A DNA stretch of 64,000 nt from Octopus sinensis (GCF_006345805.1 NC_042997.1:55366001-55430000), one strand, 5' to 3'; numbered from the stretch's first letter, positions 1 to 14,213 are shown. The notes: a model not told the origin generated them from the letters alone. Numbers and translations are program-made.

Positions 1-529
1 GATTGATTGTTAAATTATTTTGCAATAACTTTTAGATACTTTATTGTTATCCTATATTGATAACTTTAAAACATGGTGACTTAAACAGCTTCAAAAGGCC
101 ACGGTTAATCCCAAGAGTTTTTGTAATGTTAACAGAAAACATCAAAGGGTATTAGTTATCTCTTAACTCACATAAAACGGGAACGAGACAAGGAAATTAA
201 CTTTGATACATCTCATTAAAAACAATTTCTATTAATTACGACTCATTTCACATTGTTTTAATGTATTTAATTAACTTAATTAAAGAAATATGATGACAAT
301 AATTTCTTACACTGGTGCGAAACCACAGAATTGAACACGGGAATTGTTGTTGATTGAAAGATCCAAGTATATAAGATGTTTAAATTACCACATAGGGTTC
401 GTATGGTTTGCCGCGTATAGTTTAGACGAATCAGAAAGATCCAGGATATTTAGAAAATTTGTTTTAATGTATTGCCAGAGTGTACGTGTACTCTTTTATG
501 ACAAATTTCAATACTAGAACTAATTTTTT

Positions 530-725
530 AAAGGTTGCGAGCTGGCTGAAGGCTTATCAGTATTTCAACCGTCTTTACGTTCTGAGTTCAAATTCCACCG
601 AGATCGACTTTGCTTTTCATCCTTTCGGACTCGATAAAAATAAGTACCAGTCCAGCACTTGGGTCAATGCAATCGGCCTCTACCATCTCTAAATTGCTGT
701 CCTTGTGCCAAAATTTGAAACCAAT
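530..725 (+). mobile_element. SINE-A (tRNA-derived SINE), decayed copy
   Basis: B-box-like gagttcaaattcc, then body gatcgactttgcttttcatcctttcggactcgataaaaataagtaccag and tail gtgccaaaatttgaaacca; homologous to more than 12 other copies in the window. Confidence 0.8.
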
Positions 726-759
726 ATTTATAAGGATTTTTGTTTAAAATTTAGGTACA

Positions 760-885
760 AGACTAGCAATTTTGAGAAACAGGACAAGTCGATTACTTCG
801 ATTCCAGTGCTTCACAAATACTTTATTTTATCGATCCCGGGATGAGAAAAGCAAAATTAACCCTGGTGAAATTTGAACTCAAGAG
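760..885 (-). mobile_element. SINE-A, decayed copy
   Basis: ggtacaagactagcaattt...gtcgattacttcgattccagtg...aaatttgaactc matches the reverse complement of SINE-A. Confidence 0.7.
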
Positions 886-889
886 TTAA

Positions 890-1158
890 TAAAGATTGTT
901 TGCCAATGTAATATAGCATTCCTGATTTAGGACTAATGTTGCTGTAATGTAGCCCCAGGAGACATCGTCTCCAGTTGGCTATACGACACGATCTGCGTCC
1001 TTATATTTTCGAACAAGTGGTGCTAGATTCCCTTGTTCGAAAATATAAGGACACAGATCGTATCGTATAGCTAGCTGGAGACGATGTCTGCTGGAGATAA
1101 ATTATAGCAACATTAGTCCTAAACCAGGACTGCCATGTTATGTTGGCAAACAATCTTT
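890..1158. repeat. Fold-back inverted repeat (about 128-bp arms, 14-nt loop)
   Basis: 890-1017 is the reverse complement of 1032-1158 (e.g. gtccttatattttcgaacaag / cttgttcgaaaatataaggac); loop tggtgctagattcc. Confidence 0.9.
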
Positions 1159-1204
1159 ACTACAAAGTATTGTTGCTGAATATCTCACGTTGTGAGATTT
1201 AAAA

Positions 1205-1270
1205 ATAATAATTTTCAGAATTTAATGTTTCGAACGAAATGCCGCTAAACATGTCCGGCGTACTAAGGGT
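1205..1270 (-). mobile_element. SINE-A 5' head fragment
   Basis: cgaaatgccgctaaacatgtccggcgtactaagggttctaccggctcgccgcc matches the reverse complement of the SINE-A tRNA head. Confidence 0.65.
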
Positions 1271-1699
1271 TCTACCGGCTCGCCGCCTTATTTTCTTATA
1301 TAATAAACAACTTTTTAAAAAGCCGATGTTTTGCAATAATACTCTTAATGCTTTTTTCAACGTACTGTGAATAGTTGAATAAAAAAACAAAAACAAAAAA
1401 CCCTGGTCTCGAGGAAATGTTATCGAACTCGGACAGTTGAAAGTTGAGTGGGTACTGACTAAAGCAAACCAATATCAGTCGGTGTTTACGGAAGCTAAAT
1501 AAAACTAAATGAAAACCAAACGAGTCTCTGTCGGTTTCGACGATAAGTATTCACTTGGATCTATCGACCCACTAAAGTAGTTGATTATTCCACCGACGCA
1601 CGTGTATCCCAACAGGCATAATCAGCATGACATACTCTGTCATTAGGCTGCTGTTTTGAATTACAAGAATAACCCATCTGATAGACTCTCAAACAGTTT

Positions 1700-1830
1700 C
1701 CATCTACTCAGTTTCACTCACAAGGCTTGGGTCAACCCTAGACTGTAGAAATAGACATTCATCCGGGAAACCACACTGCTGGATCAAACTCGATCCCCGC
1801 GATTGCAAAGCGAAGGCCTTCACCTTTCAT
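1700..1830 (-). mobile_element. SINE-B 5' half, strongly decayed
   Basis: cagtttccatctactcagtttcactcacaaggcttgggtcaaccctagactgtagaa resembles the reverse complement of the SINE-B core (actatagcctcgggccgaccaaagccttgtgagtggatttggtagacggaaactg). Confidence 0.6.
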
Positions 1831-1944
1831 CCATGCTGTTTCCACAGTGAAACTAAAATAATGAAACATGTTGTTCCACCACATCACTTACTCCATCCAT
1901 TTGTTCTTCATGTACTCCAATGTAAACAATATTTGTTGTGCCTA

Positions 1945-2105
1945 ATCCCAGATCAGTTCCGATCGATCACAGACGTTCAATTGTGACCATAGGAATCTTT
2001 TTGTATATCTAGGGTTACATTATTTAGTATGTTTTTCCCCGTTTTTAAGACTACAGTTTGAGTTGAAGGATGTTTTGCTATTTCGAGAACGACACGATAG
2101 ACTCT
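1945..2105. repeat. Old interspersed repeat, unclassified (related copies about 30670-30860 and 50385-50445)
   Basis: Shared motifs ccagatca..ctgat and gat(t/g)t..gctatttc(t/g)ag(c/a) seen by eye in three places. Confidence 0.35.
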
Positions 2106-2249
2106 GTTACTCTCATCAGGAGTAAATACTCAAGCCTCAAAATGGTGAAAATTATCGTAATTTTTCATCTTTAACACGCCGGTCTGTCGGTATTTCATTC
2201 CCAACCACGTTTTCCTTAACTTGCAAAGAGGGTATAGTTGAAGTTGATT

Positions 2250-2600
2250 GGTGCTTATTTGTTGGTAACCAGAAGGGTAAAATGTAAAGTTGACTCCGGC
2301 AAAATTCGAACTCAGAATGGAAAAGCGCCAGTTAAATACTTCAAGGTGTTTGACCGGTGCTCTACTTATTCTGCCTCCCGACTGATTAATAATTGTCCCT
2401 AATATTAGGCAGTAGGCCAAAAGCTTGGGAGTATGGATGTTAGACGATTAAATTGACCTCAATACATAATTGGTACTTTATTTTAACGACTCTAGTAAAA
2501 TAAGAAGCAGCGTCGACATCAGTGGAGTTTTGAACCTGGAACATAAAGAGCCGAAGCAAATACCGCAAGATATTTTGTCCGACGATCTAACAAGGTTTCG
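2250..2600 (-). mobile_element. Two decayed SINE-A copies
   Basis: aaagttgactccggcaaaattcgaactcagaa and gtcgacatcagtggagttttgaacctggaac match the reverse complement of the SINE-A body. Confidence 0.6.
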
Positions 2601-2651
2601 CAAAAATACATTACAAAACTTATATACAGTTCTATATTTAAGATCTGAGGA

Positions 2652-2818
2652 ATTATGTACATTATTTACAATTGATTGATATTTTTCCTCATCTTGATTG
2701 TTGTTAACACAACATTTCGGCTGATACACCCTCCAGCCTTCATTAGGTGTCTTGGGGAATTTTCGAACCTGAGTTCTCATTCCTATGGTATTTTTCGGTG
2801 TTATTATTATTATTTCGA

Positions 2819-2859
<41 letters not shown>

Positions 2860-2925
2860 TCACTGCCTGGAATCGAACTGGGAATCTTGGGGTTAGTAGC
2901 CCGCGCTCTTAACCATATGTCCATG
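2652..2925 (-). mobile_element. tRNA-head/(AAT)n/hammerhead composite element, copy 1
   Basis: Reverse complement reads ...ggttaagagcgcgggctactaaccccaagattcccagttcgattccaggcagtgacctg-(aat)n-...gacac ctaatga a ggctg..cagcc gaaat gtt gtgtt...tgtaaataatgtacataat. Confidence 0.85.
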
Positions 2926-3110
2926 GGAATATGGCGTAGTGGTTAATAATAATAATAAAACATCGAAAAATACCTTAGAAATGAGAACCCAGGTTCGAAA
3001 TTTCTCCAAGACACCTGATGAAGGCTGGAGGGTGTATCAGCTGAAACGTTGTGTTAACAACAACCAAGATGAGGACAAATATCCGTCAATTGTAAATAAT
3101 CTAAATAATT
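2921..3110 (+). mobile_element. tRNA-head/(AAT)n/hammerhead composite element, copy 2 (most of head deleted)
   Basis: ccatgggaatatggcgtagtggtt joins directly to (aat)n, then the same body as copy 1 with an intact HHR core; tail tgtaaataatctaaataat. Confidence 0.85.
3010..3055 (+). ncRNA. Minimal type I hammerhead ribozyme (PLE-type), intact core
   Basis: Stem I gacac/gtgtt, CTGATGA+A, stem II ggctg/cagct, GAAAC, GTT triplet; palindromic ACGT stem III typical of dimer-cleaving minimal HHRs. Confidence 0.7.
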
Positions 3111-3999
3111 TGAAAATCTTATATAATCACAAAATCAAATAGAGAAAAGTACAGGCAAGAGGACCAAAAGCATACATAAGGAATGAAATTACATGTCTTA
3201 CTAAGGAAAAGCTAACTAAAGCCAGTTGAGGAATTCAACAGATGCAGGATTACTGTGATTACCGAGGGCAAGTTCCTTCTCTGAGTCTTTTTTCTCTACC
3301 TTACAGGGTTTGCTGAGAATTAACCCGTTAGAGTCTGCTGAGAGTTGGTCCATCAGTAAATTACCTCCTCTCCTCTTTCAACTTACCCTCTAATAAAAAC
3401 TTGAAGAAGTTGATGAGGGCTTGGTCCAAGAGAAAGGGGTCTATTTTGAGATTTTCGATCTTCTCAGTGATACAACCTCTGACATTGCTATCAGACAAAG
3501 AAAAAATTTGCCTACCTTTGACACCCAAAGGTGGAAGAGATATATTTATTATGGTATATTCAACCAATAGCTGGAACATTTGTTTAAAAACGAACACTGA
3601 ACGAGTGGGTACAGAACAGTTTCGTCGCTCTATGTTCATATTGGACAAGTGCAGCTGGCAGCGTTACCTTGCGTATATACTTTATTTACGACTAACCAAG
3701 CTCCTCACTCCCCGAAAAGCCCTGTCATGCATGGGATTTCCGGAAATTGGCTACAGTCCTGAGGTTTGATTTTTAATAAAGATTAAAGATACGTGTCCGA
3801 AAACATTTGAATTTATTGACTCCGGCATTTAACACAAACACTACTTTTCGATGTTAAAAGTTTTAAAGCTAAAGGTGGCCTTGATAGCGGAGTGGAGGCG
3901 GGGAGCGCGCAACTCCTAAAAGAATTTCAATTAAATATTGTAAAATTTTTAAACTAGTAATCTATTGATTCTGCCCGTCAATAATAACAATAATAGAAA

Positions 4000-4800
4000 T
4001 GGTTTCAAAGTTTGGCAAAAGGCCAGAAATTTCTAGGAAGTAAATCGATTAAATCGACCCCAGTTCTCGACTAGTCCTTATTTTATCGACCCGAAAGTAC
4101 AAATGATAAAGTCAACCTAGGTGGAATTTGAACTCTGTGAAATGCCGGTGAATATTTTTTTCCCAACGTGCTAGTGATTGTGCTAGCTAACCGCCTTAAT
4201 AATAATAATTTCAAATTTTAGCACAAGGCCAGAAATTCTGGATGAGTTAAACCGATTACATCGAGCTCGGTGCTCCACTGTTACTTATGTTACCGACTCC
4301 GAGACGAAAGGCTGAAAAGCAAAGTGAAGCTGAACGAAATTTCAACTCGGGACATAAGGATGAACGAAATGTCGTAAAACATTTTCCCAGGTGTGCTAAC
4401 GATTCTGCTAGCACACTGCCTCAATAACAATGGTTTTCAAATTTTGGCGCAAAGCCAGGAAGAATTTTGGTGGAGAGTGTTAGTCGATTACATTGACCTC
4501 AGTCGTCAATTAGTACTTATTTCATCAACTCCGAAATAATGAAAGGCAAAGTCGACCCTGGCGGCATTTGAATTCAGAACACGAAGTCTAAAAAATGCCG
4601 CTAAGCAATTTTTCCGACACGGTAAAGATTCTGCCAGTTCGCCACCTCACTGAATAATGATATGGGCACAAGGGTACAATTTTGTGGGAAATCGATTAGA
4701 TCGATCTAAGTACTCGGACTCGTCCTTATTTCATCAGATACTAAGAAGTTCGGATTTGAAATTAGAAAATAACGAGATAGAATTAGATACTACGTAAATA
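4000..4800 (-). mobile_element. Head-to-tail array of four SINE-A copies
   Basis: Units at about 4000-4197, 4208-4421, 4431-4647 and 4662-4800, separated by short aataat/aacaat linkers. Confidence 0.8.
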
Positions 4801-6305
4801 ATAGTTTGTTCGGAGCAAATTCGAGTCTTTGCTGGAAGAAGGAGAAGGAGGAGCAAGAGTAAAAGAAGGAAGAAGAGGAGGATGTAGAATAGGCGAAAGG
4901 GGGATGATGATGATTATAATAAAATGGTACAATGACAATTATTCTCCACCCACCAATGAAAAACAGTTAAAGAATATTTCATACTGAAATATCGACTAAC
5001 TTAAAGCCAGAGATTGAACTTTCTATAATCGAAGACTAAGAAGCATATATTTTTCTTTCGAAGTTAAAGCAGTAGGCGTGGTTTAATTTGTTACACCATG
5101 CATGGGTTTTCATTTTATAACATTGCACACAAATAATTTTCATTAAGTTCTATTGTTAAATGCAAGATGGTGGTTTGTGGTGGCGCTAATGGTCGAAGCA
5201 CAAGATAAATGTATTTAGTTTCGATCCACGACATTTTTGTTTGCAAACCAACCAGTTCTTGTTTACCATTTCATTATTCCACTGCTGATTAAAATAAGTC
5301 CTTGAACCATATTCTACTATGGTGGGTTTCATCGAAGCCTATACTGAATTTGTGCCAACGTACGAAGCTAGTATTTAGTCTAGTCCCTCTAGATGCCAAA
5401 AGCGACGAATTGGCGAAATCACCTTTGCCCTTTCTTTCTCTCAAGAGGGTTAAACAAATTAGTAGCAGAGTTTTCTTTCTATTGTAATCGTTATCGAAAG
5501 GTCCAGCTTTATCACATTTTGTCAGGTTAAGTCTGCCTGAACTTACGTTAAATGTGCACGTGTCTATGGAATACTCAGCCGATTGCGCGATTATTTCACG
5601 AATATGAATAACTGAATACTCAAAATCGAGACATGGAAAATTTATTATCCAGATTTTAATATGAAATCCAGTCGGGGTTTATAAGACATGATACTGTGGA
5701 AATGTTTAGTCGTTGGACTATGAAAACTATGCAGCATAAGTAACCTAGTACTAGCCGATCGGCTAGTGAGGTGAAGAGGACCTGGAGAGAATCTATCCCG
5801 TGTATCTCAAGTGGTGGAACTGGAACCACTGAAAAGGCCTGTGAGTTTTGATGTGAAATTGCAGCAGCTATCAGTTAACGATGTCACATCTATTTAATAA
5901 AAGGAATTTATTTGTTCTATTCATAGAACTTTCCATACAAACCGTGACCAAATTAGCAGGGTACAAACAAAACTAGAAGCGTTGCAATACTTGTTTCATT
6001 CTTGAAGGTTCACAGTTCAAATATCGGTTACGCAGAACTTAGAGCTCACTAACCTATGGTCAATAAAATAAATACGATCGTATACATTGGGCGATATAAT
6101 CGATTCTACATACGTTTAGATCTCCAAAAAGTCTAAAAGGCAAAGAAATATTGTTCAAGTTTTCACTTCAGTGTGTAGGAATATTATTCATCCCGCCAGA
6201 CAGAATAAAAAAACAACAGCTGTATCAGCCTCCCTGTCTATTTGTCTCTCTAATGCAATGTGTATGTATGTACTCTTTTCCCCCCCTCTCTCTCTTTTTC
6301 TTTCG

Positions 6306-6344
<39 letters not shown>

Positions 6345-6559
6345 GCATGTGCATGTGGACGTGCATGGTATAGGTGTTGAACTTATGTTTGTGGTTTCGA
6401 TTCCTGGAACGGGTGATATGTTGTGTTTATTTCACGTTGCTGCAGTTCACTCGGTTGGTAAAAAATGAATAATCCGGTGGGTGATGACATAGAGGCCACA
6501 GAATCCAAGAAATCTGTCTTACGAGCCTATAGCTGAGGAAGGACACTAATCATATACAT

Positions 6560-8665
6560 ATTGTATTTTAATTGGCATGAAACTAGAATATTTCATATCT
6601 GTTATGAAAACCATATGTCAGAGAAATGTTCCAGAGCACAAAGACAACACAAAAAGGAACAAGATTCTAAAAGAGAGGAAGATCCTCATGAGACGACGGA
6701 CAAAGGTTGCAACTCGCTTCAACAAACGACACTGATGGAGATTGTAAAAAGCCAGCAACGATCCTAAGCGAGGGAGAGTGCAGACAAAGAAGCTTGCGTT
6801 ATAAAAAGCATTAAATAAAGCCTGAAGGCCTTCTTTCATTATACCAAAGAAACAGCCTCAGTACGCTGCGAAATAGGACTCCTCTTCCAAAAGTATAGCT
6901 CCGTCTCGGATAGCCCAACCAGGATCAGTGAGGCACTGAATGACCAGTCCAAAAATGTCTTTACCACCACGTTGAAACAAGGACAAGTGAACGAACCATT
7001 TCTTTGCCGCTTCACCTACAACCAGCGAGGCAGTTACAATGGATTATCATGACATTAGAGAGGATGATATACTACTAGCCAAAGATGAGGTGGACGCAAA
7101 CTCAACTGCTGGTCTTGATGGATTCCCAGCAATCCTCCTCAAATCGCGTAAGGGTGCCCTGGCAAATCCCTACAGATTTTCTTCCAGAGCTTTCTTCCAA
7201 ATTGCAGGCTGCCAAGCAAACTGAAGGAGGGAGTAATATGCCTAATGCATAAAAGCGGAAGCAGAGCAGATGCCAAAAACTGTAGGCCTATCTCTCTGAC
7301 TCTACACACCAGCAAAATCATGGAACGGATAGTGAGTGGGAAACTAATTGCATTCATTGAAAAAAAAACGACTTGCTGAGTGACACCCAGCATGGCTTTC
7401 GACAATGTACAAGCTGCAAGACCCAGCTCTTACAGCACTATGACTGGGTGTTGAGGCCACTCAAATCTGCACGTAATATACGTCGACTTTGCAAAAGCTT
7501 TTGATAAAGTTGATGATGGTATGATATGCCACAAACTGCGCGATCTCGGCTTAGCTGGAAAAATTGGCAAGTGATCACATGACTTTCTGAACGATAAAAG
7601 TCAGGCAGTAGTGGCCAATGGAATCACCTCAAAGAAAACAAAAATAGTGCGCGGTGTTCCACAGGACACTGTCTTGGGACCGCTGGTTTTCATAGTAGCC
7701 CTCTCAGATATGCCCTCAGCTTCCCGGGTAGCCACTCTTGCTTGCTACGCAGACGATACGAAGGTCTCGCAGAAAATACAGAACCGCAGCGATGTTGCAC
7801 ACCTGCAGCAGGAGTTGGACCCAATTTACAGATGGGCTCAGGACAATAATATGCAGTTTAATTCGGAAAAATTCCAAGCCGTGTGCTACCAGCGTCCATA
7901 ACAGAATATAACACTTATAGGGTTCACTGGTCCACAGGGGATAACAATCCCAGTGTCTAAATCAGTGAGGGACCTGTGTATCGACATGAGTGATGATACC
8001 ACTTTCCAAGTGCACATTACCAGGATGGAGACAAAGTGCAGACGACTGGTTAGATGGATCCTGAGAACGTTCAGAACCAGAGAGAAGGAAACCATGATCG
8101 TTCTTTGAGGATACTCGTCCTCAGCCGCCTAAACTTCTGCTCCCAGCTATGGTCATCCAGCAATGTAAAATTAAGAGCAGACCTTGAAGCAATCCCGCAA
8201 AGTTTCACACAAAAAGATCGTCTCACTGCAATAGCTCAACTACAGAGAAAGGCTGAAACAGCTAAGACTCTACTCCCTGGAGCGAAGGCAGGATAGGCAT
8301 GCAGTAATATACATCTGCAAGATCCTGGAAGGAACTGTGCCAGATTTTGGTATTGAAAGCTACACCAATGCCAGAACGGGTCGACAATGCACAGTGCCAA
8401 CAGCTTAGGTTTCAGGAACCCATAGCTTTTTAATAGTCTCCCAAAGAACCCCAGGGACCTACACAAAGTGTAGTTTTGAATTCAAAACTGGACCGCTTCC
8501 TGTCGAGAATCTCAGATGAACCTACCTCGCGGCAAGAGGTACAATTGACGATAGGCAAATGAAATTCCCTTATTCACCAAATGCCACATATTAGCGGAGG
8601 CTCTCAATAATAACAGTGTAGTAAAACGACGGTGGCCCGGCAAGGCCGCAGCTCTGAGTTGAAAC
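6560..8665 (+). mobile_element. CR1/L2-group LINE, 5'-truncated and degenerate (RT plus 3' UTR)
   Basis: Frameshifted RT motifs: CRPISLTLHTSKIMER, HGFRQ, YVDFAKAFDKV, GVPQDTVLGPLVF, YADDTKV, NNMQFNSEKFQ, RLNFCSQLWS; 3' end ggtggcccggcaaggccgcag..tgaaac. Confidence 0.9.
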
Positions 8666-8834
8666 TACAAAGCAATAATATATATGTATATATGTATATA
8701 TATCTATATATATATGTGTGTATCTATGTATATAGCTATATATATATATATATATATGTTTATATATGTATATGTATGTATATATATATATGTATGTATA
8801 TATATATATATATATTATATATATATATATAAAT

Positions 8835-9114
8835 AATAATAAATATTAGGGAATGAATCCAAAATTACAGGGAAAAATCAGATTTAGGGTTAAATCCAAT
8901 TTTATAGTAAAATATTATATAATATAATTCGAGACAAAACCACTATTTTAAAACCAAACAAGGAAAGACTTAATCAATACATAAAATTTTAATATAAATT
9001 AAATAAACCGCCACTACACATGTTTCATGTCTGCTCCGACAATCTTCAGGTGGATTTTCGATCTTCTAATCAGTATCAAATTACAAAATAGCACTCACAA
9101 CCCCTATCTCAATT

Positions 9115-9115
<1 letters not shown>
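8835..9115 (-). mobile_element. Probable solo PLE pseudo-LTR embedded in (TA)n
   Basis: About 280-bp unique island flanked on both sides by (TA)n and containing a hammerhead motif at 9011-9053. Confidence 0.55.
9011..9053 (-). ncRNA. Type I hammerhead-like motif
   Basis: Reverse complement: ccac CTGAAGA t tgtc ggagca gaca t GAAAC atgt GTA gtgg (stem I ccac/gtgg; stem II tgtc/gaca). Confidence 0.65.
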
Positions 9116-9146
<31 letters not shown>

Positions 9147-9469
9147 ATATATATAATATATATATATATATATACATATATACATATATATATATATTAT
9201 ATATATATATGTATATATGTAGATATGTAAGAATGTAAGTATATATGTATGTATGTGTGTATGTATGTATGTATGTATGTATGTGTGTATGTATGTATGT
9301 GTATATACATACATATATACTTACGTATATGTACACGTGTTTACAATATGAATCTTCGAAGATAGTTGCACCCATACCTTCCAAGTAAGTTTATATATGT
9401 ATATATATACACATATACATATATATATACACATATGAGTGTGTGTGTGTGTATGTGCATGTGTGTGTG

Positions 9470-9668
9470 TATTTATCTCCTCACCATCGTTTGGCAACCG
9501 ATGTAGGTGTGTTTGTGTCTCCAAACCTTAGCGGTTCGGCAAATGAAAACTATAGAATAAGTACTGGGTATACAAAGAATAAGTTCTGGGGTTAATTTGT
9601 TAGATTAAAGGTGGTGCTCCAGCATAGTCACAGTCAAATGACTGAAACAAGTAAAAGTATAAAAGAAT
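9470..9668 (+). mobile_element. SINE-B 3' half
   Basis: caaccgatg..ttagcggttcggcaaa..ataagtactggg..ggtggtgctccagcat..caaatgactgaaacaag; a more decayed copy follows at about 9675-9920. Confidence 0.8.
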
Positions 9669-9919
9669 ATATGTATGGGTGGGCTGTGTGGTAAATGGCT
9701 TACTTCCCAACCAGAAAGGGTTCTCTTTGTCTGCGATTGTCCCCCACCACCGATTGACAACTGATGATAGTTTGTTTGTCTCGGTGACTGAGCGATTCGG
9801 TGATTGTGAACGATAAAATAAGTTATACGCTTTAAATCAAAAGTACCAGGATCGATTCTTTAACGCGGTACCCCCACATGACCGGAGGATAATGACTGAA
9901 ATAAGTAAAATAATAAAAG

Positions 9920-12310
<2,391 letters not shown>

Positions 12311-12837
12311 TACATGCGTGCAGTTAGCTACTGAACTCATTACAGGTAGGTATTTGCATATGAGCAGGTTACGCAATTTACGTATGTGCTATATCCCCAT
12401 ACTTGAGAAAACGCATACTTCTATATAGTACACGTCTTATAGAAACATATTAATCCGTGCCCATATACATATACAGACTCACTCGTATGTGTCAGATCAT
12501 AACGCTTGGCTGTTTTTAATACCCCACCACGTCCGATATAACTTATATACCCTCTCTCTTTCTCTTTTTTCTCCCTCCCTTCATCTCTCACTTTCTCTCT
12601 CGCTCTCATACATACATAATACATACACAGTGTTGTAGGAATAGTTGATGGGCGAAGAAAATTCTAAATAAATGTACTGGAGAGTTATTTTAAAGGACGA
12701 TAACTCTTCATTCTTCTCGAGATAACCAGTTTAAGTTTTAGGGTAAATTAACTACAATCATAGGGAAAATAGCTTAACCCAAAGTTTGTATTCATTCCCC
12801 AAGTAAATGACAGAAATTATAGGCAAAAACTATTATT

Positions 12838-12869
12838 GTGGTTGTTGTTGTTGTTGTTGTTGTTATTAC

Positions 12870-12931
<62 letters not shown>

Positions 12932-12955
12932 TATTATTATTATATATGCAATAAA
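12838..12955. repeat. (GTT)n-(ATT)n microsatellite
   Basis: Direct inspection. Confidence 0.95.
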
Positions 12956-14122
12956 TTTTATATGTGTATGCTTCTGTGAATGACTGTGTGTGTGTGTGTG
13001 TGCTCTTATGCACGCATATATTTGGGATTATATTTGCGATATCTTACAAATGTTATGGAGGACACTCTGCAGGGAAGCAGACGACAGAAAGGAAAAAAAG
13101 TAAAAGGAGGCTCAGTGAAAGAGTGAAACAAGTACTATACACGATATCATTAAGGACAAAAACTATCAGTATTAAGTTTAATTATATTCAACACAATAGA
13201 AAAACCAGAGCGAGAAAGAATGGGAAGAGAAATAGTCGTTAGGAAAAAGCAAGGTCGGGGGACTCTGAAGGAAAGAGCGCAGTTTGTGGCAGACGATCAA
13301 GCTGAGAGAATGATGTTATATAACAGGGAAGAGAAAGATGGGAGAGGGAGCAAAAAGTGTGACATATGAGGGAGGAATGAAAAGGAAAGAATAGTGTAGA
13401 TCCCTTATATAAGCAGATCCTATATAATAGGGAAGTGGGAGAAAAGGTAAGGGAAAATGTGAGGAAAATGACAAAAACAAAAGCCAGAGAAAGATAAACA
13501 ACATACAAGCCATAAAATGATGAACAAAAAAAAAAGAGTAACTGAAAAGAAGTACAGTTTAGGAAATGGAAAGAGAAAATACATGATACAGAAAAAATAA
13601 AAAATTTAAGTCTTATTCGATCTTGGGATGCTTTGAAATTGAAATATTTTAAAGATTTTAGTTTCAAACTCAATCGTTTCTGACAATATGGAACCGACTC
13701 CTCAGTTCATAAAATTAATAACGATCCTAATAGGAATACATGACAAAAATATTCTCATATCAATGTTTGTTATGTTTAGTTTCATGCTATAAACTTCTCG
13801 CAAAACAAAATATATTCAAAAATTTTCTACATTTTAAGAATTAGTCAAAGAACGAACATATAGGAGCTCATTCAACCTGCTAGAAATAAGAAATACATCG
13901 TTCTCAAATTACACACATTTAACATGGAAGTTGTAGTATCAGACTGATATGTACGGTTTGATTAAGGCAGAATAGTATCATTTACACAATATATATTATA
14001 TAATTTCAGTGTTCGGTAGAAAGTGTGTGAAGGAAAGTTACCAATTTCATTAGCACTTTAAGACAGAAGCGACATGCAGTCAGATTCAGAAGTTTTGAGT
14101 TCACATATATATATATGTAAGT

Positions 14123-14168
<46 letters not shown>

Positions 14169-14213
14169 TTGAATTTCTAAATCTCTCGTAGAGACATGTA
14201 CGGTGGTGGGGCG

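Larger units (their letters stand above)
8670..9470. repeat. (TA)n/(TATG)n/(TG)n microsatellite field
   Basis: Direct inspection. Confidence 0.95.

Noticed and set aside
2070-2135. Minus-strand CTGATGA-gag/ctc-GAAA hammerhead-like string
   Set aside because: Stem III and the cleavage triplet do not pair, and the GAAA half belongs to an unrelated old repeat.
3361-3769. Overlapping 95-aa and 122-aa ORFs
   Set aside because: No recognisable motifs in either frame; probably chance ORFs in an unclassified repeat.
5750-5767. 18-bp perfect palindrome actagccgatcggctagt
   Set aside because: Single short palindrome with no context; insufficient for a functional claim.
12421-12624. ORF containing YIG
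   Set aside because: No other GIY-YIG motifs; the frame runs through microsatellite.
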